Assembly: GCF_052425735.1 (NCBI RefSeq)
Contig: NC_135759.1
Location: 23,808,001-23,872,000 of the forward strand
From: Oculina patagonica
Lineage: Eukaryota
Direction: 5' to 3'
DNA: 64,000 nt
Part shown: positions 38,501-50,500 of the stretch, one piece after another
How positions within the stretch are numbered: position 1 is the stretch's first letter
Layout of the letters: every line of letters begins with the position of its first letter
Position numbers and translations under genes: made by a program
Notes under the pieces: model-generated
The model's database searches: none
Told to the model about the DNA's origin: nothing
The model's input: only the letters and a program-made list of their open reading frames with translations

Positions 38501-41500
38501 AGTAATAAGAGTGACATTAGCAAAGCGAGGTCGTACCTTAGGGCGATAGTATCCCAGTCCGGACCTGACTATTAGCTAATCACTGTAAATAGATAAGTAA
38601 GTAAGAAGTTAGAGCAGTTTTCAATTGAGTGTAGCATATAAAACCAAAACCAAAGTAATTACTCTGGCCAATCAAAAAGGACACAGACAATCCAGTAAAC
38701 CAGTCAAAACTCCAAGCAAATACATGTAGCCGGCACGAAGCGCGGGAAAACGTGCGCGAGCGAGTCACGATTGGTTTTGGTTTTACTCCTGATTGGCTGA
38801 GAAAGTGGCGCGAGATTTTTAAGCCAATCATTAAGCGTAGTAATGCAAAACCAAAGCAAACGCATTTACTTTCGACAACTCAAGTGAAAACCGCTCTAAG
38901 TCAGTCAGTCAGTAAGTTAGTATGGGAGGCAAGCGTTGCCGAGTGGTTTAGGGCGCTGGTGTTGTAATCCGGAGGTCCCCGGTTCAAGAACTGCCCTTGC
39001 CACTAGCTGGATTTGTTTCTCGGTTGTCCCGAGTTCAAATCCTCGACCACGCTTTGTATATAGCCAACTGGTCTGCCTCCTGCCAGTTGGGATTTTTAAT
39101 CTTGTTATGTTCAGTTTAGCTGTAAACTAGCTATCTCGTTGAGATATGAAGCTAAGTGCATGGCCACTATAAACATATATTTATTTATTTTTTTATTTAG
39201 TAAGTATGTAAGTAAGTAAGTAAGTAAGTAAATTCTTTATTTATAGATGAAATTTCTAAATACTGTGCAACACTTACAGATTTTTGGTCCTTTATCTAAA
39301 CTATAATTAACGAATTTTACAAGAATAAAAGGTTTACTGATGTACAGTTGTTTAACAAGATAGACACTACAAGGTTTAACTGTGTACAGTCATTTAACAA
39401 GATAGAAACTACAAATTGTAGTTGCTACTAGTTTCATATAAAAAATGTGCTAAAAACATATAACTGTTCCTTACGAAATTTGACCCTAAGAGTACAAGAA
39501 GAGAACCTTGTTTCTTTCATCATATGGCAAACTATTCCAAGTTTTAATAGCCTCAACCTAAATGATATATCACCTGCTGTTGGGCTATTGTACCTTGTAC
39601 AAATGAAATTAATTGGAAAAACTAGTATAACGTATCATATCAAGGTCTAGCCATGTACTTATACTTGTTAACTATGTTTGGAAAAAAGAAAATTTGTACG
39701 GCCAACTCGACTATCATATAACTGTAACCGCAAGAACTGACTGCAAGGGTTCTTTGTGTTTAGCTGATGGCTTACCTTGGTTCTTGCTCGAAAGTGTTCT
39801 TTTTGCTTTTTGCTTTAGACTTCCAAGCCAGAAAGCATTCTCTTGGCAGAGCAGCATTGACTTCTTCTAGAACTTCCTGAATGACCGTGTGCTGCGACTC
39901 GCTATCATCTTCAAAATCTCCGTATGTTAATCCCAGCTCTTGCGCAGTGCATGGGACAGAGGCTTTCATACAATCTACCAAGGGAATGCCATCAAAGCAT
40001 TAATATATATAGTGGCACCCGTGTCGTTTTACCAGTTCTCTCTATATCTATATCACTTGTATACTTACCGCGATTCACTATCTAAATTACCCCGACATGC
40101 TCCCGTCTGGCCTCGTAGCTCAGTCGGTAGAGCGTCGGTAGATCTAATCCCGAGGTCGTGGGTTCAAATCATAATATGTAACAGGACTACATGCTTGTCC
40201 AGTTTGGAAATAATTAGATTTACAAAATTCCTCTGGCAGCCAAATTGGTTTCGGCCTACGGCCTTGTCCAATTTTGGCTGTCATCGGATTTTTTTTTATC
40301 CAACTTTTTCCAAATTGGACAGCATGTAGTCAAATAACGTATACAAAAATCCTAACTTTACCTGATATAGACCGCATAGCCATAGCCTCCTGGGAGATAC
40401 GGGCTAGCTTGGCCTCGCTCAGATGCAGGTTGTCGTACGCATGTCTGTCTAAGGCCCTGAGAGCATGTGGGTAAACATCATACACAGCATTTTTGCCCAA
40501 TATCAAATCCATATGGCTATAATCGGGAATCTGGATCCAATCGTATTCTTGGTGTGGATGCGCTTCTTTCACCAGTTCGTAAGTGGTGCGGATGCTTTCC
40601 GGCACAAAGACTGTGTTGTTCTCACCTGGAACACATGAATAAATAAAGCATATCAAATATAAGCAACCGTCCTTGGCGTATACGAGCCTTTTCGTATTTT
40701 CTCTTTGACCGATATAAAGAGAGAATGACCTTTTTGGTAAATCCTTGATTGTGAATCACGGAAAGCAACAGACGTCCAATTTTCCATTTTTGCTCTTTTC
40801 CTATCTTATAAACCGAAACAAACGGCAAAGTTCTTGCGGCGTATGTGATTTGACGTTACTGCCCGCCTAGTCATGACGCCAAAAGGATGCAGACAGGAGG
40901 ATTTCATTAATGTTTGTGCCTCATGAATATCTGCGCTTAAGCTCTTTGGCTTCCGAGACAGGAAACAAGCGCTCGCTTTGGGTGATTAAAGAAAAGAAAA
41001 AATGTATTATGACAAAATTATACGCCAGGCCAAGGTTTGCGTCCGAGGCAACGATGAAGGGTGTGCAAAGTAATGCGGGCTCACCTACAAGGAAAGTGAT
41101 TGGGATGTCCAGCCGTCCGATCTTTTCCAAATAATCTGGAGACTTCAGCCGTTCTTTCTTGTCCACATCAGGTAGATAAATGTCTTCACCAGAATAAGAC
41201 ACGAATTTCTTCGCCTTGAATGAATTGCGCATATGCATCGCACATTTAGTGCTAAAGTAACCAAAGATCTCGTGGAGAGCTTCATGAGTCAAGGAATTCA
41301 AGTTAGCGTGTTGAAAAAGAGGTCCATTGATGAAGATTATTCTATTGAAGAAATAATTAAAAAAAACTCGGTTATGAGAGATACAACATTTAACAAAGGT
41401 TTGTCGCAAGAATCAAGATTATAGCAGACAATGACCTGTCCCTCTTTCTCATAGTCCATAGTAAGAATGGCTAAACACAAGCGGGAGTAAAAAGTTAATG

Positions 41501-44500
41501 CGCCGAAAAATTCACAGCCTGTCTTCCTATCACTTTGTTTCGTTTCTCTATATAAGGACTTAGAGAAAATATAAACTGCTTGTAGCAAAGAGCTGCAGGA
41601 ATTTAGAACTAAGATAAGTGTTTCCTTGACTTGATTTGAATATAGGTCAACGATAAGTTGAATACGCTGATTTGGTAAAATTCTAATTAATGACTTTTAT
41701 TTCCTAAATACGTTTTCTAATATTGCATGTATCATGTAGGCTGCTCGGATATGGAAAGATCATCTGTTTGAAGTCGTATATACTTAACTAATAAAACTGG
41801 TTATGATAATGGAATCCAATCTTGATATGATCATCACCAACGCTGTTTAAAAGACCATGATATTGAAAAAGAAGTAAGATGCCGGTCATCCTTAGAAATA
41901 AACAGGTTTACCCCCGGTGACACTTTCTTATATAAGCTATATAGGTACGTTCGGTGCCAAAGGGTTTGGTTTTTGAGAGTGAGAAAGAGTTACAATAAGT
42001 GCACCGCACCCAATCTTTCAGGGAGTTTCCCTCAGAGTTTAATTAACGGGGGGGGGGGGGGGCAGTTTACCTGTGACAAGTAGGGCTCTGGCATCTTTCC
42101 TTATATGGAATGACACTGTTACTGACATGCTTTGCGAAAGTATTAAACAAGTTGTCCATTACTTGCGCTGTATTTTCCGCGGATTCATCAATTCCAGAAA
42201 CTCCGAGCATCTCAAGCGTTCCAGGGATGTAGATTCCCAACTTGAATTCATTGAGCTGTCCGGTCATTGTATGTGCCGCCACATTGAAGGAGACCATGTT
42301 TCTGATTTTTCCCGTCGTTCTGCCAGTAAGAAGTGCTCCATAGTTTATTATAGACCCAATGCAATGTGCTACCACTTGAAGAGATTTCTGAATGGAAGAA
42401 AGTTAGCAGTCAAACACTGTACTTCATCTACTTTGGTTCAGAAGTCGATGTATATTGACAAGTTTTTAACGAAATTTTATAAAGATGGGGTACGTTCCAA
42501 ATAATTGAATAGTGTGAGAACATTATAAAGGTCGATCAACGACATTAGTTTTTAGCTATTCAATAACTAATGTTATCTATAAAATAACTATCATATAATT
42601 ATGCATCCACATCTCCTGTTCTGCGCAAGTACACGACCTAGTTTTGAACATAGTGCATGATAATGCAGTGTAGGGCAGTGCAGGTTAAGTTATTTAATAA
42701 GTAAACAGTTATGGATAACACCTTACCAGCGTGCTGATAAACCGATCATCAAGTGTTATTTCTTACCTGTTTTGTTATTTCCAGCACTTTGTCGATGAGC
42801 GCAGGGCAGTCATATTTAGCACAGTCGTCCAGTGTGTAGTCACTATAAATTGCCCAGGGCAGGTCACATGACCCTCGCCAATCAGCTAACCATACGTCAT
42901 ACCTAAAAATTGTTATTAAATGATATGTATTTAGTTAAAAGGATTTAAAATGTTTTCAAACTCGGAGCGCAAATAAAATTTAAAAAGCGTGAAATATTTC
43001 GTCTGATATCATCCAGACTTCATCAGTCACTGAGGTGGTGTTTTTTAAGATGAATGTTAAGAAGACATTTCACTGCCTCGGGGGAGTTAAAATTCTGTCA
43101 TAAATTGGAGCTAATTCAAAACCATTGTCTCTATTTAACAAAGGTTTTCTGAGTTTTATCTCAATGGCCTCTTTTACCCGGCGTTTAAAGGTGTTGATTT
43201 CGGTGGCTAACACTTTTGTCTTGCTTGTGTCTACCGAGTGGCCCTCCAGTCGACAATGTTCATGAATGGCTGACGAGTACCTCGACTGATGTTCTTTCAT
43301 TCTGGTTTCCAGTAAACGGGACGTTTCGCCAACGTACTCCTTGTTGCACTGTTCACATTGAACCTGGTACACAGTTCCGCATTTCTTTAGATTGGACGTT
43401 TTGTCCTTGACATGTACCAATTGCGACCTCAGGGAATATACGGGTTTATGAATAAGTGTGACCTCGTGTGACTTAAACGCTCTTTGAAGGCGTTCAGAAA
43501 TTCCTTTGATGTATGGCGCTGAAGCGTAGATTCAAACAACTACCCAGATTGGATGCTAACAATACCGCATTCCAAGTCTGGAACGAAAGAGCCCGAAAAA
43601 CGAGAAGAAAATCTACGCTTCAGCGCCATACATCAAAGGATGTCAACAATCACATTTCTAAACACCATCGACTTACTAACCACAAAATCGACTGGGACTC
43701 TCTGAATGCTTAACCTACAGTACTAACTATTTTAAAGATCTGGAAAGCTGGTTCACAAACTTAGAACAGACGCCTATCAACAGACGACATCAACAGAACC
43801 GACAAACGGAACGCAAACAAAACGACTTAATTTGACATAACAATAAACGAATCGAAAGTGACCAATTACTGTTGACAAACTTTACACGAGTCTTACTGCC
43901 AATAACATCACGGCTAAACTGACCAATCAACTTCAACGGACCGGACTTATAACAACATCGACTGACAACAACGTTTCACTTGACTCTGAAGTTGACATCC
44001 GCTCAGGTTGTCGAAACGTCAGTCACGAACAACAGTTCTTTTGAGAACTACTCTCACCCGGACGATCACACTATACGAACTTTTGTTATCATTATCAGCA
44101 ATTTAAACCCCTAAGCGAGACGACGATAATCCGCGTCCTTTCCTTGGGCTTTTCTTCCCCCGATTATTCCAGATATCACGAAAAACCTCATCTAAAGATT
44201 ATTCACTTCAGTCGATAAAAATCGGAATTATCTTACCTGTGTTGCACTAGGTACTCAGTCAAGTTGGGCTCAATAGTGTCCAGATTATAATTGCCCCTGC
44301 TCATTGCAAGGCCGTGAAACAGGATAACGGGTCCTTTGGTTCCTCCTTTGTATCGAGTCAGTTTTAGCTCAACCTGTAAAACAAATCAGATCAGTCTGGT
44401 AACTTAAACTGGTGTTTGTGAAGCACAAAGTTTAAAGTTCATAAAACTAATAATAATTCACTTTACTTTTTCCAACGCACCTTTTTATGACATTTCCGCA

Positions 44501-47500
44501 CCTGGCAATTTTAGCTTCAGGAATAAGATTCTTAATTTTGGTTGTATCTCAGTTTTAAATCTAAAAATAGTTTTAAATCTAAAATATGATACTTTAATAA
44601 AGTATCATTTTCTTAACATTTTAAACTATTCATTTATGGGATTTCGAAACAAAAGAGGGAAGAAACAGCTACTAATTCCAGAATTCAGTGACATATCCGA
44701 GACTTTGATTTAATTTCGGTTCAGTTCGTGATCTCCAGAATGATGAAGGTCTGGTTAAGTGCTACCAGCGATCTAATTGCACCGAACAAAGTTAAAAGCT
44801 TATTTAAGAAGTGTGTTAGACAGTAGTCAGGTAGTCATAAAATGGCCTGTAAATGCCAAAAGAGCTTCTACTTTTCATCTGAAAGAAAAACCTGAAAATA
44901 TTCCCTGTTGATGTTCTGTTTTTACATGACGAATTGTTAGAATGACGTATTATTTTCTATTTGAACCCAGAGCTCCTGATCACAGGTTCATCTCGTTTCA
45001 TAAAGAGCGTACCTTGTCTTCTGTGACGCATTTGTACACCTCAGGGGTGGCCCCGTTCAACTGCAGGGGTCTTTTCTTCCTGATAGGAGCATTGGGGTTC
45101 AGCAAGTAATCTTTTGACGTCACAGGGCCGTATGTTTCCCAGATGGTTCTCGCAAAAAATGAGCCAAATCGTGAAATCCATTTCAATTTTTTCAATCGGC
45201 TCTTTGTGTTTGTCACTTCCAGCGTTGCCAGTTGCTTTGCAAAGTTTGGCAGCGAGATAAATAACTTCGCTCTTCCCACAGAATTCCCTCGGAACTTTGT
45301 ACCAGGATAGATCGTAACAAACAAAGTCGTTGTGTCGCTCAATCCAATCTCTCCAACATGATCTTTATGGATCAACTTGACGCCCTGGAAGGCAAATTGT
45401 TGTCCTTTGTGACCCGTGAGAATCATTTTGTAGACCATTTCTTTAGTCTCCACATTGTCGGCACTTTTACTAAACAGTTTGAACACGCCTGTTGAATTTG
45501 AATACAATAACTGTTAGGACAACTTGACAATGTTTTTATTTAAGTTGCTTGTGACACATACATATGAATAATCTTTTCGTTGTGTTCTTCTTGATCGACG
45601 CTTATCATATACCTTTTTTCCTTTTCCTGACACAAATGATTTTGAAGTTTACCTCATGATAACGACGACGTTGTTTCTTTGGAAAAGACATACGCATTGT
45701 CGTGTAAAAATCAAAATTCCATTCAATCTCATATAAAAAATACAATCTGATTAAAATTGTTTTTCTCGACTTTTATAACAAAACAACTTCAAAAAATAAC
45801 TGTTTTCTATTTCAGTACCTAGTATAAAAAGTACAAAAACCAAACAAACAAAAATCGCAAATAATTCGACTTAATTCAAATGCCATTATAATGGAATCGT
45901 AATTGGTAATTTTGCTCTTGATGATACCTCTGACATTTCTATGGATTATTTACTTACCCTGTGAAATAGTCATGACCCCTTCTGACAAACTCGGACAAGT
46001 AACCGTGCCAGAAATTTTGGCCATGTGAGCTGGATCCCAATCAATCATACGTTCAACGTCCTCACTCTCTATGGTAACTGTAAACTCACATGGTGAGCTG
46101 CTGTACTTGTCCATTGCAGGCTCAAAGTTTCCGACCATCTTCTCTGTGAAACGAATACCTTGTTTCTGCTTTTTAAATGTTCTGTGGTCTACAAAATAGA
46201 TTGCGAGTTCTGTAAATAAGTTTTGTTTCGATTTTATTAGAGTAGATTGGCATTGTATTACTATTTTTTATCTGATTGGCTAATCAGTGAAGCGAAAGAA
46301 AAATTTTCGATGTTAATTGGTGAGTGTTATACAGTGTAATGTAAAATTAACTACTTAAAAAGTAGTATGAAGAGCGTCATTTTCTCGCAAGCCTGAAATA
46401 GCAATTGCTCACCGCTAATCGAATTGTGATGAAAAAAAATCTGGGAAAGGCAAGTGTGTGAGAAGAAGACAGATGTGACTTATTTCTTTAATTTATAATA
46501 ACAATAATTAGAACAATTAGAACAAAAAAATTTCGTATCAGATTGGTTCTTAGCACGCAATCTTTCTTCACCAAATTGGAGCGAGCAGCTTAGTGTCCAG
46601 TATGTAATGACTGAAATACTCCTTTTAGATATTCCTCAAACCTTGCAGAAACGGATTTTTCACAGTTAGGGTGCGTTTCTTTGGGAAAAATCCGAATCCG
46701 GATTCTTGATCCAAAAACGGATTTTGCGTTTCTTTACCTATATCCGAAAATGGATTAATCTTGGATCAATGATCTGAAGAATCCACACTTCGAGTGGATA
46801 CATCAGATCGTATCTGAATCCGGATTTTTAGGATTCATGATCCGTGCGTTTCTTTGGGAAAGGATTCGAAAAAAGTACCTTGGCCCAGCGGTCTTTGCTG
46901 TAAAAATACAGGTTCGCTCTTTGTAAACACTGCCATACGGAAAGTTTTAGGCGGTTATTTCGATCAAAATACAAAAATATTTCACGATAAAAGGAAAAGG
47001 TAGCTTCAGATAGGTATGTAGTATCATTTTAAACGGGATACAGGTTTTCTAGAACAGCCACTGTGTGCCTACGGAAGTTGTATCCTTTTGAAATTGTCAC
47101 GAGTGAAATTTGCACTGATCATTTCGCAATCATTCTTGGCGCTCAGATGCTTTCTAGCCACATTGTGCTTAACACTAAAAAAGATCTACTTCGACGTGTG
47201 GTTTTTGAAAAAGATTTTGTATGCTTAAATTATTTTAGCTAGGATACATTCGACGAAATATAAATTTGTGCTAAAATTTATGTTCTGTGCGAAATGTGTT
47301 GACGGGGTTGTCATGGTAAAAAATCCGTTTTCGGATTCTTCGTTTCTTTGGGAGCAAAGTATCCGTGTGATCTGAGATCAATGATCCAATTTTGGATTTT
47401 CCCAAAGAAACGCACCCTTAATTTTGTCACTGAAGTCAAAAAATTGTTGAAAAGCATCACCTTTTTAGTTTTCATTTTCGAGGTTTGTAGTTGTGTTAAA

Positions 47501-50500
47501 TTCCTAATTGAACTAATCGTGACAACCAATTTTGTCTGTAATCAAACTCGTGATGAAACAAATCCGACTCGTCCGATTTTGTGTGTATGGTTAGAAACCG
47601 AATTGGATTCCTTTCAGTCCTATTATCATCCCTTATTCCACGTTCTTACCTAGAGGTATGAAAGTGTCATAGTCTATTATCCATCCTTCTCTCTCGGCCA
47701 TGAGCCTCATACAGCGTTCCGCCAGGCAAGCTATTGTCAATACTGGGTTGATGCCGACAGCTCGAGGGAGAATGGCTCCATCTACCACATATAAACCATC
47801 CAGGGGTTCACTTGATTCTCCTATGTGCGATATTACAATAGAAAAACAAAATCATGATTTCGTCCGTTTTGTGCCAAGTTGTCAGTTTGTACATATGCTT
47901 ACGGATCGTTCAAACCAGATAAATCAGTCACACATAGCTTAAATTTAAATATCTTAGCAACCTTTTGTGTTTGAAACCAACCTTCAAATACTTGTCCAGC
48001 ATGGTTTACAACAGCTGTCTGTCCAGATTCACCCATTGGACACCCACCCAATGGATGAACAGTGATGACACTTTTGCCCAACGCTTCTGTCCACGCGGGG
48101 TTCTTAACAAAACTCCCTCCCAGTCCTTTTGTCACTTTCTCGAGAGCCTCGTTTACACGGTCAAAGTTCCGGCCGCGTCCAACTTCTTTCCACTCGATGT
48201 CAATGTTGTCGCTGTTTTTGTCAAAAGTTATTTGCCCACCAGCGTCATCATGGCTCATACAGACAAAGGTGAGAGTGTTGTCCATGCCTTTATCTTGGAG
48301 CTCCTTAAAAAAGACGATAATAACAAAGATAGTTTCAAGCACACGGTTTAGAATGTCAACTGAATATATTGATAATATAGCACTTTGATTGTGTCATGTT
48401 TTTATTTTTTGAGCGTACAACTTCTGTTTGATGTCTGAAAAGGTTTAAGCCTCTCTTTATATATACCTAATTTCCCAATTGCTCCAAATTATTTTGCTCT
48501 GTCTACCTGAGCAACTTTTTCCATCTTTTCTTCACTTGGAAATTTGTCCACTCCTAACACTTTGGCGGAAACGCTGATTCCAACAGTAAAGGGTACGGAG
48601 CCTATTGAAGGAAGATTCCCGTCTTCGATAACAAAGTGATCTTTAAAGTTCCCATCCAGTGTTTTTCTGAAATCCATGACGGAGGTTATGGTAGGCCCAG
48701 GCGGTTCATCACTGTCGTTCTTCTTATCTTCTGTATCTGATTCTTTCTTTGATTTAATTCCAATTGCGTTCGTCTTTTTATCACCGTTGTAGCTGAAACC
48801 CAGCACATCTCCATTTGTAGTGAAGCGTTTTCCGACTTTATCTGAGACGTCGAGACCGCGTTCTTTTGAGCGAAGCAGGATTTTAGTTGAGCCTAGTGCG
48901 CCTGCGCCAAGAATGACGTGGGAAGCTCTGACGATTTGCTCATCGACATCAAAGCAGCCGGTGTGCTGTCTTCTGTATGACACTAGCCAATCAGAAGAGT
49001 CGCAGGCTTTCGTCACTGATATAACTTCCACCTGGGAAAGAAACATTTTATTTTGTTTAAAATTTTTGGCACTATTATTCAATGTTTGCTATATGCATGT
49101 GACGGATAAAATTATAATGAATAATTACAATCAGAAGCTTATTAAGTATTTTATATTACTTATCTTTTAGTGTAATATTTTTAGAACTGATGGAGTCTGT
49201 CACATTTGAACCTAATTAAATGACCTAGTACCGTTTAGAATCTTTTGCTTTGTTGTATTGTCTATTCTTATTTAATAAAGTTGTTTATCTATTTAATTTT
49301 TAGCTGTAACACACTTACTTTCAGAGCAATGATTTACAGCCCACTATATTTTGTTTGGAAATGACGTAAACAACTTCGATAATTTCATGAATAAAGTTTG
49401 TTACCTCAGTAAATATTTTCGCTCTATGAGCCTTTGCGTCTGGTAGGTAGTTCATGTTTAGTGTGTTCTTCGCACCAACGTTGCAACCACCGATACAATT
49501 TCCGCATGCAGTACATTTGGGCTGCGGTACTCCCACATGGTTCGCAGGCGTGTCTTCAAAAGTAACAAACAGAGGCGGCTTATAAAACATCTTGCCCGTG
49601 TCTTCAATGTCGAATTCACAGAGTCCTTCCTTCATTCGCTCCAATTTGTGTAACTTTGGGTAGTGATCAGGGTATGGGGTTGGCTTCAACATATCTAGTA
49701 CGTGCTGCCGATCGACGCTTGTAAAATTCTTGAGATCTTCTCTAAGCTCTTGTGGCCATACAGGATCACTGAAAACAGCAGGGTCGCTGTCAAGCGCCAC
49801 ATTTGCATTTATAAGGGACGTTCCTCCAAGTCCACACCCTTGAAAAACTGATACATTGTCACTGACGAAAAGCTCATAAAGATTTGATGACTTCCCTAAA
49901 TATAAAAAAAATGAATTAACGATCGATCCATCAATCAACTATATATTGTACACAAAAATCAGGAAAGAGCGTACTAGGCCATGTGGGACAAGATTGAAAA
50001 ACGTAAATTAGCGCATGTGTAGTAAAATGTATACTGGCGGCCTCAAAGCGGTCGTCACACCTGTGTTGTGTTGTCATCAGCCTTCAAACTTTTAAAAAAT
50101 GAAATTACTTTTAATTTGAAGGAAACTATAAATAATAGTTTTTTAAGTTATAAAAACACTAGTGAAGTTATAATATTTTTAAAATTAAAAAGCAAGGTTA
50201 AGAGTGAGAAAGAACAAGCTTGGAGAATTTGGCCATTTTTCTTAGAAAGCACAGTCTGTGACGTAAGCCCTTTAAGACTTTCAATCCGTGCCATAATTCC
50301 TTGGGACACCCGTTTTAACAATTGTAACATGACATTCCGTTTTGAATTCTCAGAAATGGAGAACCCCCTGCCCCCAAAACCAGTTTTGCAAAATAGACGG
50401 CAACGGAAGGCATTGTTTATTTCAAGGTACACAACATTGTTATGGGGCAGGGGGGGTAATTGTTGATTTTTTTTCCCTGTTTTTAGTGTAAAAAACAGCA

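Noticed and set aside
40105-40170. Functional tRNA gene
   Set aside because: The 3' acceptor strand is missing and it is interrupted by a TIR element; SINE-like context. The same applies to the head at 38924.
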